A DNA stretch of 64,000 nt from the sequence record OP380601.1, one strand, 5' to 3'. The position numbers were made by a program, and so were the translations under genes. Below the pieces are notes generated by a model. It did not search any database and had not been told where the DNA came from. It worked only from the letters and a program-made list of their open reading frames with translations. Of this stretch, positions 45,064-55,000 are shown in pieces. Within the stretch, counting starts at the first letter, position 1. Each line of letters begins with the position of its first letter.

Positions 45064-45116
45064 CACCACTAACCATTCTGGTAATATGGGTCTTGTTGGA
45101 GGGGAATTATCCCCTC
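45060..45116 (+). promoter_or_regulatory. early promoter with 5' leader hairpin
   Basis: TTGACA-16-(TGG)TAATAT; GAGGGGA-ATTA-TCCCCTC. Confidence 0.8.
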
Positions 45117-45135
45117 TCTTAAAAAGGAATTACTT

Positions 45136-45450
45136 ATGACCATCACTATGCAATCTATTCGTGAAACTATTATGGATATTCAATCTGATCTGGTAATGGT
45201 TAACGCGAAAGTAGTTAGTGGAATCAGTTCTCCGTTTACTTTCGAAAAGACGGCCATTGATATGAAAAACCTTATGTGTATGCTTGGTCCATGTAAGTCT
45301 TCAGAATATGTAGCAAAGGCCATAGAAGAGTTGAACGAGTCATACCACGAATGCGCTGCTAACGATGGAGAGATTACTGAAAATTTCAGTATCTACATGG
45401 ATATTTGTGTTGGTAATCTTCGTGCTGCTTACATCAACTTGGGGAAATAA
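45136..45450 (+). CDS. helical protein, paralogue of 41914
   Basis: DICVGNLRAA vs DMACVNIRAA. Confidence 0.75.
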   Translation: MTITMQSIRETIMDIQSDLVMVNAKVVSGISSPFTFEKTAIDMKNLMCMLGPCKSSEYVAKAIEELNESYHECAANDGEITENFSIYMDICVGNLRAAYINLGK

Positions 45451-45452
45451 TC

Positions 45453-45755
45453 ATGATCATCAGTAAAATCGATAGTGCAATAAAAGTTTTCGAAAATGAA
45501 TGCAAATACCCGGGGAATGGTCATGTACTTCTTAACGATATTTTTGGGGAACTAGTTTCTTATTTCTTCGAATATAGTACATTTGCTTTTCAGGCAATTA
45601 ATCGCGCTCGGGATCTTCTTGATAAATATGAAATTCTCATAGGAGAGGCATTCGAGTTGAAGAATCATCACATACGTCAGGCATACTTTGACGTTATAGT
45701 TTCTGAACTAAAATTGATAAAAAATCTTGTAAAAGGGGTTTACATCCCTAAGTAG
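45453..45755 (+). CDS. helical hypothetical protein
   Basis: GGGG SD. Confidence 0.7.
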   Translation: MIISKIDSAIKVFENECKYPGNGHVLLNDIFGELVSYFFEYSTFAFQAINRARDLLDKYEILIGEAFELKNHHIRQAYFDVIVSELKLIKNLVKGVYIPK

Positions 45756-45782
45756 AAATGAGATACTATCCCTGTTGAGACA
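45739..45782 (+). promoter_or_regulatory. early promoter, chimeric cassette
   Basis: (G)TTTACA-17-GATACT; right arm TATCCCT as at 39314 but with no matching left arm. Confidence 0.75.
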
Positions 45783-45804
45783 AGACCCCGCCACTTTGGA
45801 GAGT

Positions 45805-46191
45805 ATGAATATGATGAATCAAATCGAAGTTATGGTTGCTGAAATGAATGTCTTCTCTGAAGATAACTGGGTTAATCGTGTTCTGCCAGAAATGCGGGCA
45901 CGTTATGACGAGGATCATGTTGCGTCTTTCATCGAACAAAACCTCAATCGTCGTTCTTACTCTTACGATAAAAAAGGCCGAAAGTTCGTTCGTATCGTGA
46001 TGCATGACTATGGTCGCGAGGAAACTACCGGTTCCGTGGTTTGGTTTGTTAATATGGAAAACGGAAACATCCATAAGGCCAATGGCTGGAAAGCCGCCTC
46101 TAAGTATGTTCGTGGTCATATTTCCAACTGGAAGGCCGCTATGAGTGTTGGTTCTTCTTCTGGTGTTTATGGTTTCATTTCTTGCAAATAA
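45805..46191 (+). CDS. conserved T4-like phage protein (GRKY/F-x-KI ... KAxxWKAP family)
   Basis: GRKFVRIV..SVVWFVNMENGNIHKANGWKAASKYVRGHI. Confidence 0.7.
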   Translation: MNMMNQIEVMVAEMNVFSEDNWVNRVLPEMRARYDEDHVASFIEQNLNRRSYSYDKKGRKFVRIVMHDYGREETTGSVVWFVNMENGNIHKANGWKAASKYVRGHISNWKAAMSVGSSSGVYGFISCK

Positions 46192-46199
46192 GGTATAAT

Positions 46200-46364
46200 A
46201 TGACCATCGAACAAGCTTTTGAAATTAGAAAGAAACTACTGACCATGAAAGACCGTGTTGAGGCAATGGTGCTGGAAAATATTCTACGGGGTGAATATGA
46301 TCGTTTAGAAAATGCAAAATCCATTGCGGAAGATGATATAAGATTTATAAACGGAAATTATTGA
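46200..46364 (+). CDS. small protein
   Basis: AAGG SD. Confidence 0.65.
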   Translation: MTIEQAFEIRKKLLTMKDRVEAMVLENILRGEYDRLENAKSIAEDDIRFINGNY

Positions 46365-46389
46365 CTGATAATTAGATTGCAATTAAACT
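46361..46389 (+). promoter_or_regulatory. early promoter
   Basis: TTGACT-17-TAAACT. Confidence 0.65.
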
Positions 46390-46418
46390 AGTATTGAATC
46401 AAAACAAGAGGAAACACC

Positions 46419-46679
46419 ATGATTATTCTTCGTATGAAAATCCATGAGTTTTACGAACTATATCTGCGATATCAAGAATGGGTTTGTGTTGCTAACCCTT
46501 CACAATACGCAATTGAAGCGGTATATAATCGAGCCATGCATCAGAAATATCTGAATGTTATGGAAGCTCAAGAGGTTCTGTCGTTTGTTACTTGGGTTGA
46601 AAACAACTCTTGTAAAGAAGATCTGGAAGTCCTCAAATCCACTATCCAATATATTAAAGGTGTATTAAATGCTGCTTGA
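46419..46679 (+). CDS. hypothetical protein
   Basis: GAGGA SD. Confidence 0.75.
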   Translation: MIILRMKIHEFYELYLRYQEWVCVANPSQYAIEAVYNRAMHQKYLNVMEAQEVLSFVTWVENNSCKEDLEVLKSTIQYIKGVLNAA

Positions 46680-47136
46680 GAAAATTAAGAAAGACCAAAT
46701 CGCCCTTCGTAAATCCGAAGAACGTACAACCCACGTTGGTAAAATGAAAATCAACGCCCTGACTACTCTGATTGGCGAAGCTTCTCCTTCCGGTCACAAT
46801 TCAGTAGTTTCTGATGAAGATGTACAGAAAATTGTTCGAAAGTTCGTGAAGAATCTAGATGAAACTCTGGAACAACTCGGGGTTGATACCACAATTACCA
46901 GCTTTGAAAAAGCCGTTGATGTGTTGAAAGAATGCTCTAAAATCTCCATGCTTCTAATCGAGCGCCAGATGTATATGAGTTACCTGCCACAAGTATTTGA
47001 TGAAACCCAAATCAAAGAAGTGGTTGATTCTATGCAGGGCGCAAATATCGGTCAAATCATGGGAGCCTGCAAGAAAGCCGCTACCTCTAAAGGTATGATG
47101 TTTGATGGTTCCCTAGTCAAAAAAGTGATTGGTTAG
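46669..47136 (+). CDS. YqeY/GatB-like protein
   Basis: LEKIKKDQIALRK..LTTLIGE..SDEDVQKIVRK..YLPQ..NIGQIMG. Confidence 0.8.
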   Translation: MLLEKIKKDQIALRKSEERTTHVGKMKINALTTLIGEASPSGHNSVVSDEDVQKIVRKFVKNLDETLEQLGVDTTITSFEKAVDVLKECSKISMLLIERQMYMSYLPQVFDETQIKEVVDSMQGANIGQIMGACKKAATSKGMMFDGSLVKKVIG

Positions 47137-47198
47137 TTTCAAGTGTAATCAAAGTATAAAGTTCTATAATATATTAATAGAGACTTTATAATTAGAAA
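47133..47198 (+). repeat. 66-bp AT-rich palindromic element, copy 2
   Basis: 63/66 identical to 8049-8114. Confidence 0.9.
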
Positions 47199-47247
47199 TG
47201 GTGAGTCGTAGACGAACACCCGTTAGGGGCTCTCTATCGCTCGCCAT

Positions 47248-47263
47248 TTGATTTATAAATCAA
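47248..47263. repeat. perfect 16-bp palindrome TTGATTTATAAATCAA
   Basis: Self-complementary, intergenic. Confidence 0.85.
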
Positions 47264-47326
47264 CTTGAGTCGTTATTCATATTCATTCTTATAATCGATT
47301 CTACGCAGTCCTATGAGGTTTTAGCT

Positions 47327-47572
47327 ATGGTTTCTATCGAACAGTTCATTAATATTAAAAAAGCTGATGGTTATACACAACAACCGGATCTAGATGGTTG
47401 TGTCGTATTGACTATGAAGGTTAAGGATTGGGTTTACTCTTTTCATGTAAACCGTGATACAAAAAATGTTGAGTATCGTGTTACAAAACCCCTTGACACT
47501 CAGGCTATGAATATATACAATCTCAATAATGTTCTGGTAAAGAACGGTGTATTTTTCATTCGTAACGTATGA
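47327..47572 (+). CDS. hypothetical protein
   Basis: GAGG SD. Confidence 0.75.
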   Translation: MVSIEQFINIKKADGYTQQPDLDGCVVLTMKVKDWVYSFHVNRDTKNVEYRVTKPLDTQAMNIYNLNNVLVKNGVFFIRNV

Positions 47573-47590
47573 GGTTATAGAGGATCGATT

Positions 47591-47995
47591 ATGAAAAAGA
47601 ATTTGACAACTAAAGAGATTATTAAGCATGGGGCGGTTGTTGTTGGTAACTTTACTGGGATCCATCTTCAAGAGACTGGGGATATTCTTAAAGAAGGGTT
47701 CTACTTCATTGCAGCACCGAACAGCTCGGTTGTGTATGCTACCCATGTAGGGAACCAACAACGCCGTAGGGGCTTTGGTGAGACTATGATCCGTCTACGT
47801 ACCCCACGAACCGGACAGGCCCGAGAAGTAAAAGACTATCTTTTGAGTGGAAAGAGTGTTAAACTGTATTTCTTGAAGTTTAGTCAAGTCCGGAACCTTC
47901 TTGATTTGGAAGAATATGGACAAATGAACAACGGTCATGAATTGATCGGTAAGGTTCGAAATAAATTTATCATTCACGGTCGTATGGCTTCGTAA
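47591..47995 (+). CDS. ndd: nucleoid disruption protein
   Basis: Resembles T4 Ndd (GAVVVG..GFYF..HVGNQ..RRGF); upstream of gene 52 as in T4. Confidence 0.8.
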   Translation: MKKNLTTKEIIKHGAVVVGNFTGIHLQETGDILKEGFYFIAAPNSSVVYATHVGNQQRRRGFGETMIRLRTPRTGQAREVKDYLLSGKSVKLYFLKFSQVRNLLDLEEYGQMNNGHELIGKVRNKFIIHGRMAS

Positions 47996-48009
47996 ATAAG
48001 GAAAATATC

Positions 48010-48219
48010 ATGAAAGAATTGATTATTAGTCAAAGTTGGGACGTTATTGTTGCAGGTTTGTATTTCATTATTTGGGGTATCGCGTATGGTTTCGGTAACT
48101 CTTTGGTACTGGTCCAATGTATGTTTAGTAAACAAGGTTTAAATCAAAATTTTATTGGTAAAATTGGCGATTCTATTTTCTATGTCGCATTTGTATGGTT
48201 GATTATTAGTTTCATTTAA
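48010..48219 (+). CDS. small membrane protein
   Basis: Hydrophobic; in the position of T4 ac/stp. Confidence 0.65.
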   Translation: MKELIISQSWDVIVAGLYFIIWGIAYGFGNSLVLVQCMFSKQGLNQNFIGKIGDSIFYVAFVWLIISFI

Positions 48220-48230
48220 AAGAGGTATTG

Positions 48231-49583
48231 ATGAAAATAGTTGAACGTTCTATTACAAGTTATATTGATAACGAAGCAAAAGAATTTACTTTCTACGTTA
48301 TTGTAAATCGGGCTCTACCATCATTGATTGATGGTCTAAAGCCATCCCAACGATTTGTTTTATATTCAGCGATCAAACATGCCAGTCTTGATTTCAAGAA
48401 AAACGCTTATTTGTGTGGTGTATTGTCTGATTATGGCTACCCCCACGGGGAAACTTCAGCTTTTGATGTTGCTTCAAAAATGGCAACTGATTACGCCAAC
48501 AACTATCCAGTGTTGGAAGGTAGAGGAAACTTCGGTTCCCGTGCTAATCGAGATGCAGCAGAACCGCGATATATTTTTTGTAAGTTGAATAGCAACTTCC
48601 ATGATATTTTCAAAGATGAGGATCTACTTTTAAAGAATGAAATCGTTTCATATTCCGTTCCTAAATTTTACCTTCCTGTTATTCCATTTGTTTTGTTGAA
48701 CGGGATTACTGGTATTGCATCAGCATACGCCACCAATATTCCACCACACGATATTCATAGCGTTATCGATGAATGTGTTAAATATGTAAAAACTGGGAAA
48801 TGTGATAATCCTCAAGTCAAATATCCGTCTTTCATTGGTAAGGTAAACACACCAGAAGATGGACAATGGACGAATGAGGGTGTTTATGAATTGCAAGGTA
48901 AAACTAAGCTAACAATTAAAGAAATCCCAGTTAGCTATGACCGTATTAAATATGTATCTACACTAAACAAATTGATTGATTCGGATCAGATTGTCGGGTA
49001 TGATGAAATTGAGGGTGAGGGTGATTTCACTTTCCGAGTGACGTTGAAACGGGATTTTGATACATCTCACGAAAACATAATGAATAAGTTTGATCTACGT
49101 GAGAATATTAATCCGAATTTAGTTACCATCGGACCAAATTCAAATATGGTAACCCGAGAAATGGATTTGAGAATTTATAAACATTCTCGCGAATTGATCG
49201 CGGACTTTATAAATTATCGACTTCCTATTGTAGATCAACGTATCAAAAATATGATTGATACGTTGACCAAAAAAATTCCGGAACTTAAAGCAAGGGTTGA
49301 ATTTATTCGCCTAGCTCGCGATGGTAAGGTCAATTTTAATCAACCAAAGAAAGCTATGATAAAGCAGGTTGAAGGATTGATGGAGCCAGAATTGGCGGTA
49401 TTTTCTGATAAAGTTGTCGGTATGCCAATATTCAACATGACCGATGATGAAATTGCACGTCTTAATAAAGAATATGAACAAGCGATTTCAGACCTTAATT
49501 ACTGGAAGAATACAAACTCCAAGAAAGAGTATCTGAAAGATCTATCTACACTTAAAAATGGGCTTAAGAAAAATGACATTTGA
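48231..49583 (+). CDS. 52: DNA topoisomerase II medium subunit
   Basis: NRALPSLIDGLKPSQRFVLY, PHGETS, GNFGS..AAEPRY active-site Tyr. Confidence 0.95.
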   Translation: MKIVERSITSYIDNEAKEFTFYVIVNRALPSLIDGLKPSQRFVLYSAIKHASLDFKKNAYLCGVLSDYGYPHGETSAFDVASKMATDYANNYPVLEGRGNFGSRANRDAAEPRYIFCKLNSNFHDIFKDEDLLLKNEIVSYSVPKFYLPVIPFVLLNGITGIASAYATNIPPHDIHSVIDECVKYVKTGKCDNPQVKYPSFIGKVNTPEDGQWTNEGVYELQGKTKLTIKEIPVSYDRIKYVSTLNKLIDSDQIVGYDEIEGEGDFTFRVTLKRDFDTSHENIMNKFDLRENINPNLVTIGPNSNMVTREMDLRIYKHSRELIADFINYRLPIVDQRIKNMIDTLTKKIPELKARVEFIRLARDGKVNFNQPKKAMIKQVEGLMEPELAVFSDKVVGMPIFNMTDDEIARLNKEYEQAISDLNYWKNTNSKKEYLKDLSTLKNGLKKNDI

Positions 49584-49998
49584 TAATGATGTATTTGTAA
49601 ATTTATATAAAAAAGAAAGTAGTTTGATTCATGGATGGAGAAATTTCATCATATCATCTTCTATTATTCTTATTATGGCAATTATTCTAATTGCTAATGG
49701 TGTTTTATACCCATATACATTCTTGTTCGCTGCCGCAACGATCTATTCGCTGGTAGATTTGATTATGTATCGTCAATTCGGAAAATTGCGAGAGATTCAA
49801 TTTGGCCCTAAATATAGTCACCCGTATTTATTGAAAATGATGAAATCTAAATCTCTAGATTCAAATAATATCAATAATATGGATAACTCGGAAATAAAAA
49901 GTCTGGCGAATCGTTCGATGGTTATTCTTACATTAGTTGACATTATTTCCGTATTTTTGATTGCATCTGGTATTCACTATGTAATTAATCTATTCTAA
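49573..49998 (+). CDS. membrane protein
   Basis: Three TM segments. Confidence 0.75.
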   Translation: MTFDNDVFVNLYKKESSLIHGWRNFIISSSIILIMAIILIANGVLYPYTFLFAAATIYSLVDLIMYRQFGKLREIQFGPKYSHPYLLKMMKSKSLDSNNINNMDNSEIKSLANRSMVILTLVDIISVFLIASGIHYVINLF

Positions 49999-50008
49999 GG
50001 AAATAAAA

Positions 50009-50458
50009 ATGGTTAGTCCTGCTCGTATTACAAAAGTAAAACTTCGTATCAAAGAGGAAAAGGAAAAGCTTAGTAAGAATTCTCTGGTTTCTTGGGGAGT
50101 GTTCTTCGTTGCGATTGCCCTTGGTTCTTTGGTTGCGTCAAGTATGTATGGTCCAATCCTTCTTGGTGCATTGTGTGTGGTTCTGTTCCAATGGATACAG
50201 CTCCATAATCTTGCATCAGATCGAGTTGGTATTCTTGGTAAAGCTTATAAAAACCCAATGGTCCTGATTTATCTTGAAACTGGTATTGATGGAATTAAGG
50301 ATATTGATGAATCCATAACCAAATGGGAAGATATGACCACATCAGACCGAACAGATCGAGATAAACGGCTGAATGCGATTATGGTGTTTTCTGCAATATT
50401 TGCTATTGTGGCGATTGCATCCATCTTCTCTGGTATTTTTTGGCTTCTTCCAGCATAA
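50009..50458 (+). CDS. membrane protein, similar layout to 49573
   Basis: Three TM segments. Confidence 0.75.
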   Translation: MVSPARITKVKLRIKEEKEKLSKNSLVSWGVFFVAIALGSLVASSMYGPILLGALCVVLFQWIQLHNLASDRVGILGKAYKNPMVLIYLETGIDGIKDIDESITKWEDMTTSDRTDRDKRLNAIMVFSAIFAIVAIASIFSGIFWLLPA

Positions 50459-50463
50459 GATAC

Positions 50464-50520
50464 TTGCATAATGTAAGTTAGTATGAGAGAATATATTCGT
50501 AGGTGGGGAGAAATCCCCAC
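50464..50520 (+). promoter_or_regulatory. early promoter with GAAA leader hairpin
   Basis: TTGCAT-17-GAGAAT; GTGGGGA-GAAA-TCCCCAC. Confidence 0.7.
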
Positions 50521-50542
50521 AATAATTTCTAAGGAGAATATT

Positions 50543-50656
50543 ATGAATCCGGTAGCAAAGAATAACTTTAATCGACCGTGCGTTATGAAAGATAAGAAAG
50601 AGCTTTCTAAGAAAATTCGTGGTGATAAACATAAGCATAAAAACAAGGACTATTAA
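50543..50656 (+). CDS. arn.1-like small basic protein, 37 aa
   Basis: MNPVAKNNFNR..MKDKK..KHK resembles recalled T4 Arn.1; syntenic. Confidence 0.65.
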   Translation: MNPVAKNNFNRPCVMKDKKELSKKIRGDKHKHKNKDY

Positions 50657-50657
50657 T

Positions 50658-50894
50658 ATGAAACAAGTTCTTTTTGGCGGTAGTATCGTTCAAGGGGTTC
50701 GTGATGGTAATCAAGTTACTGTAAACCTTAAAGATTATGCAATGCAAACTGTAGAGTTGTTTCTTCAAGATAATAAATTTAACACAAATGTAATCAGTTT
50801 AGTGAAACTGCCAGATGGTACATCAATTCGATTCATGGGCGATGCCCGAGAATTATCAACTATCACTCTACGTGATGAAGGATATAAACTATGA
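50658..50894 (+). CDS. hypothetical protein
   Basis: Follows arn.1-like stop. Confidence 0.7.
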   Translation: MKQVLFGGSIVQGVRDGNQVTVNLKDYAMQTVELFLQDNKFNTNVISLVKLPDGTSIRFMGDARELSTITLRDEGYKL

Positions 50895-51139
50895 ACTATC
50901 CAATGATAGGCTGTAAATATAAAATCGTGGGAAAATTGGACAAATCCCATCGTGGTAATACAATTGGTGATATTATTGAATGTACAAATTATGAAATTTT
51001 AGACAACCATTGTGAGTTCCAGTCTAAAGATTTATTTTGGGATGGAACGAAACTACAATATGATAACTGGGGATTTGGTATAGTTCCATACGATATCGAA
51101 CAAACGTGGGATGATGTTCTAGAACTCATTGAAGAATAA
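50891..51139 (+). CDS. hypothetical protein, SH3-like
   Basis: Coupled. Confidence 0.7.
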   Translation: MNYPMIGCKYKIVGKLDKSHRGNTIGDIIECTNYEILDNHCEFQSKDLFWDGTKLQYDNWGFGIVPYDIEQTWDDVLELIEE

Positions 51140-51161
51140 TAATTATAAATAAGAGAATTTT

Positions 51162-51455
51162 ATGAGCAATAAGATTGAAGTCCTTAAAGATATTGTGGCA
51201 ACTGCATCGATTCTAATCAAATTTGGTAGAGATGATATTCTAGATACACAACGAGGGTTTGTTGACTTTCTATCAGAGGCTGGATTTACCACCCCATCAG
51301 GAAAACCTTTAACTATTCAGAACTTTCGTGTAATGGTGAAAAGCCTTAAACCTTCCCAAATTAAAGATATATTCCAAGAATTTGACGCCGGTCGAATGTA
51401 CGATATGATTGATTGTATGATATCTCAACATCCAGACTTGGAACTAGAAAGTTAA
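51162..51455 (+). CDS. asiA: anti-sigma70 factor
   Basis: ASILIKFGRDDI..FVDFLSEAG..G.PL..NFRVMV matches T4 AsiA. Confidence 0.9.
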   Translation: MSNKIEVLKDIVATASILIKFGRDDILDTQRGFVDFLSEAGFTTPSGKPLTIQNFRVMVKSLKPSQIKDIFQEFDAGRMYDMIDCMISQHPDLELES

Positions 51456-51456
51456 C

Positions 51457-51491
51457 AAAAAAGCCTACTCCGTTATGGAGTAGGCTTTTTT
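51457..51491. terminator. bidirectional terminator between asiA and e
   Basis: A6-GCCTACTCC-GTTAT-GGAGTAGGC-T6. Confidence 0.9.
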
Positions 51492-51494
51492 GTT

Positions 51495-51995
51495 TTATGC
51501 GAAAGGATAACCCTTATAGGTTCCTGTCTCTATTACATCAGTAACTCGTTTAGCTCTATTTGGGGTTTGTTTTGCCCAAGCACTAGCTAAACCATGCTTC
51601 TTTGCACCGGCCCAATCTTTATTTCTTAGGGCTCGTAACATAGAAGGAAATCCATTTACTCCTTTAGCTCCCATCTGGAATACCATATTTTCTAATGCAG
51701 TCTTACGAACCGCATCCAAACCAACATAAGTACCCCATAGATCTTCATATCTCTTCATCGAAGATCGTACCGTATCCAGATCCTTAGCAAATAACATACT
51801 CTGCTCTGAATCGGTTATAGTCCCATTCATGACTGTTCTACCAACATGAGAACTTAGTTCCCGATTTATGGCTCCCATGTCTTTCGTTTTTAATTTCAAT
51901 ATAAGATGCCCAATTCCGATAGTGGGATACCCTTCGGTATCCCAATATACGGTTAATTTAGATCCCTCATCAAATTTCAACATTTTTTCTAACAT
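51495..51995 (-). CDS. e: T4-type lysozyme (GH24 endolysin)
   Basis: DEG..YWDTEGYPTIGIGHL; NMVFQMG..F; WAKQTPNRAKRV. Confidence 0.95.
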   Translation of the reverse strand: MLEKMLKFDEGSKLTVYWDTEGYPTIGIGHLILKLKTKDMGAINRELSSHVGRTVMNGTITDSEQSMLFAKDLDTVRSSMKRYEDLWGTYVGLDAVRKTALENMVFQMGAKGVNGFPSMLRALRNKDWAGAKKHGLASAWAKQTPNRAKRVTDVIETGTYKGYPFA

Positions 51996-52014
51996 ATAAA
52001 ACCTCTATAATTAT

Positions 52015-52034
52015 AATGGGACTTTCGCCCCATT
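52015..52034 (-). promoter_or_regulatory. GAAA-tetraloop hairpin between fibre gene and e
   Basis: AATGGGGC-GAAA-GTCCCATT on minus strand, no U tract. Confidence 0.5.
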
Positions 52035-52037
52035 CTA

Positions 52038-55000
52038 TTAACTAACACGCTGCCACAAAGAAGTATTCCAACGAGCATATGTTCCTTCAAGAACATAACC
52101 CATCAATCGCCAGTTACCCGGAGGTACGGATGATGATACGTTATTACCTTCAGCAGAACACCAACGCAAGTTGCTACCAGCAGTAACAAATCCCGGACCT
52201 CTTTCTCCGATATTAACAGCGGTAGTCATCATTGCGAATTGCCCTATTGCGGAATAACTAGCCCCTGCAAGTTGGTTACCCGCAGCTTGGGCAGCAGGTG
52301 GAGGGTTGTTGGCTGAATACACCCGAGCACCACCATCATATACACCAGTACCGAAAATGGTTGAGGCGCAAGTTATTGGCTGATAAAAATAGAATCCACT
52401 TCCAGCATTCGTAGTAAAGTGAGAATATCCAGAGTTCTTTGGACCCATTTCAAGATACGTGCTACCGAGATTTATCCTAAATTGACCCGCAGTAGATGGA
52501 ACAATAGTAACGTTACCACTAACAGTACCACCAGACAGAGCCAATGCCCCAACAGCAGCAGCCGTAGGTGGGCGCAACGAATCGTAAGTCAATGCCCATG
52601 CAGACCAATCGGTATAATATGTTCGAATGTATCTAACCCCCGTAGCATAAACCGTATATTCTTGGATTATTCCAGCAGCTTTCGTAATAACCAATGCCCC
52701 CGCTTGTGCTGTTGGGTAATTGTTGGCTGTGCTGGCATTTGAATTTAAGTCCTGATAGTAATATCCTGGGGTTTGGATATTATTCAAGTTTGCAGCAGTA
52801 CCAAGATGGATAGCGTTAGCCGGTGTCTGGGTTGACAGCGAACTCTCAAGATAATCTTTCCGCACCAGTGAACCCGCAGTTGTTCCTTGGTTAACCAGAG
52901 AAATTGGGTCTTTACTTAGTGATATACTATCTGCACCCACTCTTATATAAGCTGTATGACCATAGCTATAAAGGAATGTATCAGCAGACCCAGCACCACC
53001 TTGACCAACATACCAACGACTTGCACCTGTTGAGTCAACCCCAATAAGATATTGTGCTGACGTTACTCCTAATGTTGTACTTTTCAGTGCAAGAGGTAGG
53101 CTGGTTGATGACTGAACTATTAGCTGACCAGTCATAGTATCGCCAGATTTTGATACCTGTTGTGCTATTAGACCATCAACGTAATCTTTGCGGGTTAAAG
53201 AATTTGCTTCAGTACCCTGAGCAGCAGATAGCAATACTTTTGGAGCAGTCAAGTTACCAGTCATGGTATCGCCGGTCTTTGTAACCTGTTTAGCACACTC
53301 AGAAATTACAAAGTCTCTTCTAGCCGCCGAGTTAACTTCAGTACCTTGAACCGCAGATAGCAATACTTTTGGAGTGGTTAGATTACCAGTCATGGTATCG
53401 CCAGTTTTACTAACTTGCTTTGCCAACTCAGCATTTATTTCAGATGTGGTCAAAGTACCAATATCGGCAGGAGATGGTTTATTAGCAGTTGTGTATATAT
53501 CAGCAGTACCATGTTTCAGATTACCAGCACCACGAATAATTGTGTTGTTGTTATCTACACCCACGGTAAGATTGCCATCGTTTATGTTTCTGGAAATCAT
53601 AAACATGTTTACAAACGATCCACCGATTATATTATATAGTCCAGAAGTAACCCCATTATCAGCCAAATATAATCTACGTTCAGACCTTCTAACACCAACT
53701 TGTGGTTCAGCAGTAGTTCCAGCGTCTACAATTAGGTTACCGGTCATAGTATCACCGGCTATATTAACGACACCTAATTCTGTTGAAGTTGGTTTATATC
53801 CTTCGTGATATATCTTTTGGTTAGAATATTCAAGACTTCCGTTATCTTTAAGTTGCAATAACTTAGAAGATATACCATTTCGGAAAAATACATCAGTAGT
53901 CCCAGTAGATATAGTTAACTTATCTATCCCATCTCTAACGCTATGAAAGTTATTGGCAATACGAAGTGCCCCCGTCATGGTATCGCCAGTTTTAGATACC
54001 TTAGTACCTACTTCCGCATCTACATAATCTTTACGGGTTGAACTGTTTACCAAACTACTTTGTGTGGTATTCTGCAAAAAGTCATCGGCGGTAACTCTAC
54101 CAGTATTTATTTGTACCTTTCTAGCCGCATGGGTAAACTCAGCTCCCATTTCTCTATTAATAGCTAAAATTGAACTATCGGATACAGTACCATCAGCCCT
54201 ACGAAGTCTAGACGAGAAATATAGTGATCCATCATATTCACCCGCAGTTGCGGTATTGGTTACCATTCCTAAAATTCTAGATAGTTGATCCCCTGAGTGT
54301 GGGTCGTATCTATTTGCAGAACCTGCACGGAAAGATATTTCACCTACGGTATAATACGTCCCCGGGGCAACTGTATCCCTATACTTCTCTTTGGTATAAG
54401 ATACATAAGGATATACAGAATCGTCAGCTCCTACAGTATTTCTACGAAGGATACCAGTTCTATATGTGTTTACTGTTTCCCATTGACCAGAAGGAACCCA
54501 ATCAGACCACCCATCAGTTGCATTTATCCAAGTACGAGTGAATTCTCTTTGGTTTGTTGCACTTTGAGCGGTAGCCCAATACATAAACTTCTGAATAGTT
54601 AGGTTATCAAAAGCCCGTTGATATACTTGTAATATACCTGTATGTCCGGTTGATGTAGCTGTGTTATCAACTCCATTTGCCCAAGAACCTTCAACCGTGA
54701 AATTCCCGTTAGTCTTAGCCAAGTTGAAATCACGAACGTTTCCAGTGATTGTAAGAGCGTTTGGAGCGTCACCAACACCAAGACCCATACCACCAACCGG
54801 TTGCTTGTTAGAAGTTGAATACAACTCAAACCAAGGCTGCCAAACATTGATATGTTGACGACGAACAAACACCCTATCAGACCCATAGGTAAAGAACATC
54901 TGAGTATTGGCACCATTACCCCAACGAGTTACAAGTAATGTAGAACCACTAGGTCCAGTACCATGTGGAGTGTTTACTGTATTAGCAAATATGCCATAGT

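Noticed and set aside
48010-48219. Calling this gene ac or stp
   Set aside because: Only position and hydrophobicity match; no sequence resemblance that I can recognise.
49807-49814. CCTAAATA on plus strand as a late promoter
   Set aside because: Lies mid-gene, about 200 bp from the next start; may be chance.
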